IMG/VR virus record: IMGVR_UViG_3300028392_000029 | Coordinates: 124,001-188,000 of that record | Strand: one strand, 5' to 3' | DNA length: 64,000 nt | In this document: positions 56,940-64,000 of the stretch, piece by piece | How the letters are laid out: each line of letters begins with the position of its first letter | How positions within the stretch are numbered: position 1 is the stretch's first letter | Notes under the pieces: generated by a model | Databases searched by the model: none | Told to the model about the DNA's origin: nothing | Seen by the model: the letters and a program-made list of their open reading frames with translations, nothing else | Made by a program: the position numbers and the translations under genes

Positions 56940-57424
56940 TATTTAAATTTCCTTTGTTTTTTCTGTGCCATTTTTAATTTCAAATCACTTACATATTCTG
57001 TAAATGTTATTCCATCTAAGTGATCTAATTCGTGTTGAAAACAACGAGAGTCGATTCCTTCAAGTTCTATTATACATTGTTTTCCTGCGCTGTCAAGATA
57101 CATGGCAGTAATTTTGTCACTTCTTTTGACTTTAAGCCAGAGATTTGGAAAACTTAAACACCCTTCGTCAGCTTGTACATCTGCGTTGTCGCCGACTAGA
57201 ATAGTAGGATTGAAAACCCCAAGTTCTCTACCGTCTTGTAGTTTCATCACAAATACTCTACGCAACAACCCAACTTGATTGCCAGCAAGTCCGATACCGT
57301 TATGTGCTCGCATGAGTTCAAGCATTTCTCTTTCTATAACATCCGCATTAACATGGTTTTTAAAATCCCAACGTTCTGCTTTTTGTTTAAGAATTGGATC
57401 AGGATCTTGAATTAATTTCAACAT
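56939..57424 (-). CDS. def: Peptide deformylase
   Basis: GIGLAGNQVG, EGCLS, QHELDHLDG. Confidence 0.95.
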   Translation of the reverse strand: MLKLIQDPDPILKQKAERWDFKNHVNADVIEREMLELMRAHNGIGLAGNQVGLLRRVFVMKLQDGRELGVFNPTILVGDNADVQADEGCLSFPNLWLKVKRSDKITAMYLDSAGKQCIIELEGIDSRCFQHELDHLDGITFTEYVSDLKLKMAQKKQRKFK

Positions 57425-58256
57425 CTAGTGCTTTAAGTTTTTCTATTAATGATGGATCTGTAATTGCCGGTGTTTTAATATTTACAACAATTACTAGCCG
57501 ACCTTTCTGACCAGTATTAATATTAGGGAATCCGTGCCCAGAGCTTGCAAATTCAGATCCAGCTTCAATACCTGGACGAATATCAAGATCTATTTTTTGG
57601 CCGGTTATAGTTTTAACACCTTTACTACAACCGATCATAGCCTCGATCGGTGTTATGTACACTGTAGTATACATATCGTCTCCGGCACGCCTAAAGTTGC
57701 TATCAGGAAGCACAATAATAGTTACATTTAAATTTCCTCTCGGAGCATTAGGAACACTATCGTCACCTAATCCATTATATCGTATAGTTTCACCATGACT
57801 TATTCCAGCCGGAACATTAATAACTACAGTCTGCGTTTGCCCGCTCGGCATTTTATAATTTGCTTCTAGTTGTTTTCCTAGATAGCTGTCTAATATTGAA
57901 ACTTGACATTGGATGTTTAGATCTCGATTTCTGCGCATCTGCGCATGTCCGCCGCCGAACATGCTAGTAAATGGGTGCCCTTGCGGGAATCCTTGTCCAA
58001 ACATCGCGCCAAATGGATCAAATCCATCTGTAGTAAATCTTACTTGCGGGCCACCTCCGAACATACGTTGTTGGTCGTATTCAGCTTTCTTTTGTGGGTC
58101 GCTTAGGTTATCGTATGCAACGCTAATATCTTTGAATTTGGCTTGATCACCACCCTTGTCCGGGTGATGTTTATTAGCCAAGCTTCGGTATGCTTTTTTA
58201 ATTTCATCTGGGCTAGCGTTTTCGCCAACACCTAGTGTTTGGTAATAATCTGTCAT
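57399..58256 (-). CDS. dnaJ: DnaJ class B (CbpA-like) co-chaperone
   Basis: J-domain with HPD, G/F-rich linker, C-terminal domain, no zinc finger. Confidence 0.9.
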   Translation of the reverse strand: MTDYYQTLGVGENASPDEIKKAYRSLANKHHPDKGGDQAKFKDISVAYDNLSDPQKKAEYDQQRMFGGGPQVRFTTDGFDPFGAMFGQGFPQGHPFTSMFGGGHAQMRRNRDLNIQCQVSILDSYLGKQLEANYKMPSGQTQTVVINVPAGISHGETIRYNGLGDDSVPNAPRGNLNVTIIVLPDSNFRRAGDDMYTTVYITPIEAMIGCSKGVKTITGQKIDLDIRPGIEAGSEFASSGHGFPNINTGQKGRLVIVVNIKTPAITDPSLIEKLKALDVEINSRS

Positions 58257-58287
58257 AGTCGTAAAAAAGGCTCCAGTAATAGCATTA

Positions 58288-58316
58288 ATTATACTATCTT
58301 AACTGAAGCCTGTCAA
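58288..58316 (-). promoter_or_regulatory. sigma70 consensus promoter of the dnaJ-def-clpA unit
   Basis: TTGACA-17 nt-TATAAT. Confidence 0.85.
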
Positions 58317-58324
58317 GTTTTTGA

Positions 58325-58504
58325 TTACTTCTTCTTGCTGTCTGGAACTTTATCGCCCTCGACTTTTTTGTGAACTTTGATAGTTTTGCAAACTTCTTTC
58401 TTTGTTTTTGGATCAGTGTTGCAAACCTTCTTTGATTCACCGCCGGCAAATGCTGGGCTAGATAATGCTAAACATAGTCCTGCTACAAATATATAATTTT
58501 TCAT
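58325..58504 (-). CDS. Small exported basic protein
   Basis: Start moved to MKNYIFV; signal peptide ending AFA; two Cys; Lys-rich. Confidence 0.6.
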   Translation of the reverse strand: MKNYIFVAGLCLALSSPAFAGGESKKVCNTDPKTKKEVCKTIKVHKKVEGDKVPDSKKK

Positions 58505-58514
58505 TTTAACTTCC

Positions 58515-59093
58515 TTAAATTGCTGGTTGACCAAAATCTGGTACAATCTTTTTACCGCTTGCAGTTGTGCCTACTGTTGGGGTTGATCCCCAGCTTGCTG
58601 GCGGTGTGAAACTGCTTGAGCTGTTGCCGCCGAGTGGTACTGAACCAAAACCTGTGCTGGGGGCACCGAAGCTGCCTGTTTGAGGTACGCTAGGTGCTGT
58701 TGACCCACTCGCAAATCCTGTTGTTGGTGCTGTTGTTGTGCCATTTCCAAATCCTCCGCTGACCGGTGGTGTATATGTTGTACCTGAGCCTAAGCTAAGA
58801 CCTCCATTGTTTGCGCCGCCCAGCTTTTCTTGTGTACGCCCATATGCTGAAATACCAATAACAGCACCCATCGCAATGTGGAATAATCCAGCACCTTGCA
58901 AGGTTAATGGTTGCCATTGTGTATTGACTGATCCATGACTTAGGGATTGTAATAAACTCCATAGGATTGGGAATCCTACAAAGTCCATAGTACACACCAG
59001 CATATACATCCAACCCATCATGGGACGCCATTTGCTGTTCATCCAATCTTCTTTCTTTAGTTCGCTTGCGCTCTTGACTTCTTCGTCTGCCAT
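58515..59093 (-). CDS. Holin (3TM/GTA-holin-like)
   Basis: WRPMMGWMY...GAVIGISAYGRTQEK family pattern; located in the lysis cassette. Confidence 0.75.
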   Translation of the reverse strand: MADEEVKSASELKKEDWMNSKWRPMMGWMYMLVCTMDFVGFPILWSLLQSLSHGSVNTQWQPLTLQGAGLFHIAMGAVIGISAYGRTQEKLGGANNGGLSLGSGTTYTPPVSGGFGNGTTTAPTTGFASGSTAPSVPQTGSFGAPSTGFGSVPLGGNSSSSFTPPASWGSTPTVGTTASGKKIVPDFGQPAI

Positions 59094-59120
59094 GGTTCGC
59101 TCCTGTTGGCTTAATAGTAG

Positions 59121-59127
59121 TATTTAT
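59121..59127 (-). promoter_or_regulatory. T4-late-like promoter motif
   Basis: AATAAATA before the holin. Confidence 0.5.
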
Positions 59128-59396
59128 TTGATACTGTCAAATATTTTCTTTTGCTCAATATACCACTCTATCCATGCGTTATATCGCTCACGTAATTCGT
59201 AATATTTGCCAGCATTTTCGTTGGCATTTTCTATAATATCGCTTAATTCTATTTTTTTACTAGTATCCAACGGTGATAATTTTCCAGCAGGTACTTTAAG
59301 TGCTTCTGGTACTTCTGGGAATTTTATTACTACCGGAGCAGTTGTACTACATGCAGTTAGTGCAGAAATGAAAATAATTAGTAATAGTCTTTTCAT
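59124..59396 (-). CDS. o-spanin lipoprotein (Rz1-like)
   Basis: Lipobox LTAC followed by a Pro-rich segment. Confidence 0.75.
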   Translation of the reverse strand: MKRLLLIIFISALTACSTTAPVVIKFPEVPEALKVPAGKLSPLDTSKKIELSDIIENANENAGKYYELRERYNAWIEWYIEQKKIFDSIK

Positions 59397-59851
59397 TTGT
59401 TAACCTCGGTTGGATCGCTTACTGCTTTATTATAAAGTTCTATGGCAATGTCATTTATTTTACATTCAGCATTAATAACTTCTCGTTGAATTTCTATTTC
59501 TTTTTTAACAACTTCGACCTTCTTCTCTACAATTTTAACACGTTCTACAACCTTAGTTTGTATTACAGTATTAGCTTCTTGTGATTTAGTTTCGGCTGCT
59601 TTAACTTTAGCTTCTAATTCGGCTACACGTTCTAGCCAGGCTTTTTGAACACCATGCCCACCATAAAAATATGCACCGACTACTAGTAATATAACTCCGA
59701 TGATTTCTGAAGGAAATTTGTATTGCCCCATCATGGGGATCCATTTTACTAGTTTGCTAGCAATATACAATACGATACCTGCTGTCAGCATGATATAGTA
59801 TATTAGTATAAAAATACTATCAGGTACAAGGCTTAAAACCCAACCAAACAT
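59393..59851 (-). CDS. i-spanin (Rz-like)
   Basis: N-terminal TM helices plus coiled coil; overlaps the o-spanin start. Confidence 0.7.
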   Translation of the reverse strand: MFGWVLSLVPDSIFILIYYIMLTAGIVLYIASKLVKWIPMMGQYKFPSEIIGVILLVVGAYFYGGHGVQKAWLERVAELEAKVKAAETKSQEANTVIQTKVVERVKIVEKKVEVVKKEIEIQREVINAECKINDIAIELYNKAVSDPTEVNK

Positions 59852-59852
59852 A

Positions 59853-60479
59853 TCAGCCTCCTAGGACTTGTAGTGCGTGTTGATAATGCTTTTGACGATC
59901 TTCAAGGCCTAGTGTGCCACCGTTAATACGTTTGGTCATGGTTAGGATGTCACCTGAATCTGCATACTGATTTAGGTTATTAGCTTCCCAGAACCAAGCC
60001 GCTGATTGTACACAACCCTCAAAAGTTGACAGATGTTCGCTGGCTTCGTCTAAACTTTGTTCGGTTGCTTGTGCATAACGGGTATAGTTATCTTTACCAG
60101 TTAACTGGATAAGTCCGCGTCCGCAAAACTTCCAACCGTCGCCTGATGCTTCGTTACCGTTGCCCATGCGGTTAGCATAAGCTCGATTGGCAATTTTTTC
60201 TGGTTGATGAGCATAGTCATTGGCATTGCCTGCATTAAAATATTTAGGCCATACTTTGCATAGACTTTCTGCTTTGTAATTTAGATTTTCTTTGATTGCA
60301 GTATATCCGCCTGATTCGTGTGCTGTCTGTGCTAGAAAGGCTGCAACACGTTCCACAGTATCAATATCATAGTCTGGAAGTGTTTCACTCAATGCTTCGA
60401 ACCAATGATCGGCATAAGGATTATTACCAATAATTGCTTTGAATTTCTCTAATGTAAAATCAAATTTAAAGTCGCTCAT
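59853..60479 (-). CDS. Endolysin, glycoside hydrolase family 19
   Basis: AAFLAQTAHESGG, GRGLIQLTGKDNY, TKRINGG. Confidence 0.9.
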   Translation of the reverse strand: MSDFKFDFTLEKFKAIIGNNPYADHWFEALSETLPDYDIDTVERVAAFLAQTAHESGGYTAIKENLNYKAESLCKVWPKYFNAGNANDYAHQPEKIANRAYANRMGNGNEASGDGWKFCGRGLIQLTGKDNYTRYAQATEQSLDEASEHLSTFEGCVQSAAWFWEANNLNQYADSGDILTMTKRINGGTLGLEDRQKHYQHALQVLGG

Positions 60480-60480
60480 C

Positions 60481-61215
60481 TTATTTCCTTTCTAGTGCAA
60501 CGGCCCAGCCGTTGTTTTCAAATATAAATTTGTTACTAATCTTAGTAATATTATAGTTACCGATTATTTTAGTTAAGAATAATACTTCTGAAATATCTTT
60601 ACCTTCTAGCATAATAGGACCACTGATACTATTATAAACTTCTGCCCTAGGTCCACTATTAACTATATTAAACTTAATTTGTTCACCGTAGACTCTTTTA
60701 AATGTAATAGACTCGTCTATTAATTTTAATTCTTCTGCATAACTATTTTTAAAAAACTCACTAAAGTTATTTAATTTATGCTCTTCGGTTGCGATTGCAT
60801 ATGCATTTCTATCAGTGGGAACCACTGCTGATATATTTTCTTCGTTAGCAACTTCACTTTTAAAACTTTTAAAATATCTAAATCGCATGTATTCTAAACC
60901 AGTTAGTAATATTATGCCATCTACGATTTCCATTATTTGTCTAGCCACATGCCGATTGCGTTCAAGTTCTACGTATACACGATAGTTGCCATCGTCAGTC
61001 TCACCTGGAGTAGCATCGGCATCTAGAACAAATTCATAGCCCATCTCGATAAAGTTTTCTAAATCTTTAGCGGCATCTTCTTGATCTACAGTAAAACTCA
61101 ACACAACAATATCTTCATCGTCGCCAGTTTTACTTTTAAATGAATCAATCTCAAACACTTTTTTAACTAAGTGTTCTAAATCACCTGCTCTAAGATTTTC
61201 TGTAATGTATGTCAT
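60481..61215 (-). CDS. Hypothetical protein
   Basis: Start moved to MTYITE. Confidence 0.65.
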   Translation of the reverse strand: MTYITENLRAGDLEHLVKKVFEIDSFKSKTGDDEDIVVLSFTVDQEDAAKDLENFIEMGYEFVLDADATPGETDDGNYRVYVELERNRHVARQIMEIVDGIILLTGLEYMRFRYFKSFKSEVANEENISAVVPTDRNAYAIATEEHKLNNFSEFFKNSYAEELKLIDESITFKRVYGEQIKFNIVNSGPRAEVYNSISGPIMLEGKDISEVLFLTKIIGNYNITKISNKFIFENNGWAVALERK

Positions 61216-61216
61216 A

Positions 61217-61777
61217 TTATGCTGCCGGTGTAGGTGCCGCTCCTGCCGCCGGTGCGCCGGCTGCCGGTGCCGCCGCTGGTGCTCCTGCCGGTGCTCCACC
61301 CGGAGGCGGCGCCGCTGTACTTGGAGATTGTGATTCTTTATATTCGTTCTTCATCTTGTCCATGTAACCTTTGTATACATCAAATGCTAGTTTTTTTGGC
61401 ATTTTAATTTCTACAATCCAAATAGGATGGCGATCTAATTTACCTTTTTTACTATTGGGTCTTAGATCTTCTTTCGTTCGTATTTTACGGGGCTCTACTA
61501 AGAAATTCTTTTGATAGGAAATTTTACATCCTAAATCAGTTAATCGCTTGCCACCGATGGGATCGGGCATCTTTTCTTCAGGCCACATGAATCCCACGGT
61601 AATCCAATGACGATCTACTTCAGGCCCATAGGCCAATTCGCCTTCTTCCCAGTTTTTGTAAACATACACATCTAGTTCGTCCAACACCCGTTCGAAATCT
61701 TTCAAAACAGCTAAACTACTGTTGTTTTCGTATAGATCCTGTATATTTTGTATAACGTCTAATATGTCGTGGTGCAT
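61217..61777 (-). CDS. Hypothetical protein with Ala/Pro-rich tail
   Basis: 186 aa ORF downstream of a TAAATA motif. Confidence 0.65.
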   Translation of the reverse strand: MHHDILDVIQNIQDLYENNSSLAVLKDFERVLDELDVYVYKNWEEGELAYGPEVDRHWITVGFMWPEEKMPDPIGGKRLTDLGCKISYQKNFLVEPRKIRTKEDLRPNSKKGKLDRHPIWIVEIKMPKKLAFDVYKGYMDKMKNEYKESQSPSTAAPPPGGAPAGAPAAAPAAGAPAAGAAPTPAA

Positions 61778-61867
61778 GAGTTGATCCTAGAGTCTTCTAC
61801 ACTTATTTAGCTGGTTTAAATCCATAACGTATCAGTTTATAATTCTGTAGATCCGTTAAATAATAGT

Positions 61868-61934
61868 GTAGGACCTCTGTAGTTATCAAGGCCGGTCACT
61901 ACAAGTTCTACTTTTATTACAGTAAGAGTAGGAG
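61868..61934 (+). promoter_or_regulatory. Structured 5' leader of phoH
   Basis: Nested stems GTAGGAC/GTTCTAC and TGTAGT/ACTACA; alternative stem overlapping the SD. Confidence 0.45.
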
Positions 61935-61943
61935 CACAACTAG

Positions 61944-62663
61944 ATGAGTAAACAACGAGTGAAAAAGCGTTTTACATCAGAAGTTAACATAATTGACTTT
62001 CAACCATATCTTCCTCAAAAGAAACAGCGTGTGAGTCTACATGCACGAAATCCAAATCAAAAAGTATACCTTGACAAGCTACAAGATGAAACTAAAAGTA
62101 TCATTTTAGCTATCGGGCCAGCAGGCACGGGTAAAACTATGTTGGCAGTGCAAGTAGGAGTTAAGCTGTATCAAGAAGGTATTGTTGATAAGATAATTGT
62201 AACAAGACCCGCCGTCAGTGTAGATGAAGATTTAGGATTTTTACCAGGTACGCTAAATGAAAAAATGGCACCTTGGACTCGTCCTATATTCGACGTTCTA
62301 GGAGAGTATTACCAGCAAAAAGACATAGCTAAAATGCTAGAGGATGGAACCATTGAAATAAGCCCACTCGCGTACATGCGTGGACGCACATTTAAAAACG
62401 CATACATTGTTGCAGATGAATGCCAGAACACCACAGTCAATCAAATGAAAATGTTACTAACTCGTTTAGGCGATGGTAGTAAGATGGTTGTTACGGGTGA
62501 CTTGGCTCAGGCTGATCGTGTTAGTGATAATGGTTTAATAGATTTTTGTAACTTACTCTCATCTAAACCTGCTCTAAAACATATCGACATAGTACAATTT
62601 GAAGCTAAAGACATTGAACGCCATAATGCCGTGAAGGAGGTGTTAGCGGTTTATGGAGACTAA
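61944..62663 (+). CDS. phoH: PhoH-like ATPase
   Basis: GPAGTGKT, TRPAV, LGFLPG, YMRGRTF, DECQN, TRLG, GDLAQAD, RH. Confidence 0.95.
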   Translation: MSKQRVKKRFTSEVNIIDFQPYLPQKKQRVSLHARNPNQKVYLDKLQDETKSIILAIGPAGTGKTMLAVQVGVKLYQEGIVDKIIVTRPAVSVDEDLGFLPGTLNEKMAPWTRPIFDVLGEYYQQKDIAKMLEDGTIEISPLAYMRGRTFKNAYIVADECQNTTVNQMKMLLTRLGDGSKMVVTGDLAQADRVSDNGLIDFCNLLSSKPALKHIDIVQFEAKDIERHNAVKEVLAVYGD

Positions 62664-62664
62664 A

Positions 62665-62690
62665 AAATAGGAGCATGGACGCTCCTATTT
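62665..62690. terminator. Bidirectional intrinsic terminator
   Basis: AAATAGGAGC-ATGGAC-GCTCCTATTT between convergent genes. Confidence 0.8.
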
Positions 62691-62709
62691 AGAATGTTAT
62701 AGCAATTTG

Positions 62710-63465
62710 TTACTTGATGGGAAGTTCTATATCGTGGACATCAACGGTATAGGACTTCTTCTCTCTTATGTGACGTACCCAACTAGTAAAAGACATTTCT
62801 TTAAGATAAGACAGTGAGTTATGTCGTTTGATCATGGATTGTGTAAGCTCGCCTGAAAATGCAGTAATCTCTTCTCGTTTAAGAGGGATAACTTGTACTA
62901 ACGGTTCGCCCATCTTGATGACAGTTGTTTTAGGTTGCTTCAACATAATATTAATAGGTTGAATCAATGGTACCTTATCATGATCAATGATCCCGGGAAT
63001 AGCTTCCCAGTTACGTGAGTCGTCATAATAATACATAGGTTGCCAAAACAAACTGTAACCCTTTGCCGCCCACACAGTCCATGGATTATCAAGTTTAACT
63101 GGAGTGCCAAACTTAAATTTATTACCCATGAATCCCTGTAGGGCATCTTTAGGTTGAGCACCTTCTTTATATTTAGGATGGCTATAGCGGGTAACTACTC
63201 TGCCATTCGGACCCGGTTCAATTTCAATATCACACCATGCAGGAATAACAAATCCAGTACTACAGTAATCAATAATTCCAGGGCACGATTTAACAGTTTT
63301 ATCACTGTCAATGGGCTTTGCAGATTTCTTGTAGTACAGCGCCATGTCCTTAAATGCAGGCGGTAAAAACTCGCTTGCTGGACGGATTGGTGCATGGTGT
63401 CTAATAGCCCACTCGTCGCAGGCAAAGTAAATCTGATGCTCAAGTTTTTTCTTAAATGGCCACAT
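62710..63465 (-). CDS. Hypothetical protein (possible dUTPase-like beta-clip fold)
   Basis: CPGIIDY..GFVIP, PGIIDHD, IKMGEPLVQVIP. Confidence 0.45.
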   Translation of the reverse strand: MWPFKKKLEHQIYFACDEWAIRHHAPIRPASEFLPPAFKDMALYYKKSAKPIDSDKTVKSCPGIIDYCSTGFVIPAWCDIEIEPGPNGRVVTRYSHPKYKEGAQPKDALQGFMGNKFKFGTPVKLDNPWTVWAAKGYSLFWQPMYYYDDSRNWEAIPGIIDHDKVPLIQPINIMLKQPKTTVIKMGEPLVQVIPLKREEITAFSGELTQSMIKRHNSLSYLKEMSFTSWVRHIREKKSYTVDVHDIELPIK

Positions 63466-63467
63466 GA

Positions 63468-64000
63468 TTACAGATGTCCGAGTCTAATTAGTGTTGCGGC
63501 TAGGTTAATCTCTGGATCCATGACTAGTGTATGATCCACAAGACCTTGCTTGATAATGAGAATAGCTTTATCTTGCTTATCTTCTGCACCAAAGATTTCT
63601 ACATTGTCATACAGCCAGCGATAAATTTCTTCCATTTCTTCTGGACGAGCTTGACTGCATACAAGTTTACGTGCTTCAGCAATTTTTCCTGCGGTAAACA
63701 ATGCTACCATTTCGACCCGATAATCAGTACTGTCAGCCGCTGTTTCTACAATCTTTAGTCTACCGTCCATACTGTTCATCTGAGCATTATTGATTGTTTT
63801 ACGCAGGTCTGGATAAGTTGCTTTAACATAGATGTCTAATGTATCTAGATCAAATTCTACATTCTCTTCTACAAGGATTGTAGCAACACGAGCTGTAAAC
63901 TCAGTCAAGTCAGTTTTTTCAATATGCATCTTCTGGCACCTGCTGTGCAACGCCGGAAGTATCTTATTAGGATAGTTGCAAGTTAGGATAAATCTAACAG
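63468..64000 (-). CDS. Clamp loader subunit (gp44/RFC-like), 5'-truncated
   Basis: Frame is open to the window end: VRFILTCNYPNKILPALHSRC, YPDLRKTIN. Confidence 0.85.
   Translation of the reverse strand, partial: VRFILTCNYPNKILPALHSRCQKMHIEKTDLTEFTARVATILVEENVEFDLDTLDIYVKATYPDLRKTINNAQMNSMDGRLKIVETAADSTDYRVEMVALFTAGKIAEARKLVCSQARPEEMEEIYRWLYDNVEIFGAEDKQDKAILIIKQGLVDHTLVMDPEINLAATLIRLGHL

Noticed and set aside
61216-61299. N-terminal extension MEHRQEHQRRH... of ORF 60481-61299
   Set aside because: It is an alternate-frame reading of the GC-rich Ala/Pro tail of the upstream gene; the real start is probably 61215
61778-61943. tRNA or other known ncRNA in the larger intergenic gaps
   Set aside because: No cloverleaf, T-loop GTTC-A context or CCA end recognised; the structure is reported instead as a phoH leader
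609-63758. Numerous short antisense or alternate-frame ORFs in the track (e.g. 609-920, 2298-2855, 45581-46003, 48643-49164)
   Set aside because: They lie wholly within longer motif-bearing genes, lack SD sites and motifs, and read as shadow frames
1-64000. Stop-codon reassignment (alternative genetic code)
   Set aside because: Conserved genes are full length under code 11, and TAA, TGA and TAG all end genes at overlapping junctions
1-64000. Eukaryotic giant virus or cellular origin, suggested by PolB, RFC-like, FG-GAP, DnaJ and ClpA genes
   Set aside because: SD sites, sigma70 promoters, holin/spanin/endolysin and T4-like baseplate motifs all indicate a bacteriophage

Overview
This 64 kb window is an internal segment of a large, T4-like (jumbo-type) tailed dsDNA bacteriophage. 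The evidence is dense, often overlapping genes with AGGAG Shine-Dalgarno sites, near-consensus sigma70 promoters, T4-late-like (A/T)AAATA motifs, and a holin/spanin/endolysin cassette that implies a Gram-negative host. Positions 1-20 kb (+ strand) hold baseplate and tail-fibre genes (the first is 5'-truncated), followed by a six-gene cassette with four glycosyltransferase-like ORFs. Positions 20-61.8 kb (- strand) hold thyX, a MoxR AAA+/VWA pair, RNase H and a 2OG-Fe(II) oxygenase. Next comes a dispersed 7-deazaguanine DNA-modification locus (queE, folE, queD-like, TGT/DpdA-like, with no queC in the window), interleaved with a GT-B glycosyltransferase, a MutH-like nuclease, a PRTase, a HIT protein and a halogenase-like flavoprotein. 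After that come the probable sliding clamp, UDP-glucose dehydrogenase, family B DNA polymerase and a DsbA-like protein, then a block of probable internal head proteins with Dps, then ClpA/peptide deformylase/DnaJ, and the lysis cassette. The window ends with phoH (+) and a 5'-truncated clamp-loader subunit (-). I recognised no tRNA, rRNA, CRISPR array, integrase or intein. The best leads are the QueC-less, glycosyltransferase-linked deazaguanine system, twin hairpins with near-identical loops in the polymerase leader, the tail-linked glycosylation cassette, and a shared N-terminal tag on putative head-packaged enzymes. All family calls come from motif recognition by eye; no database search was run.
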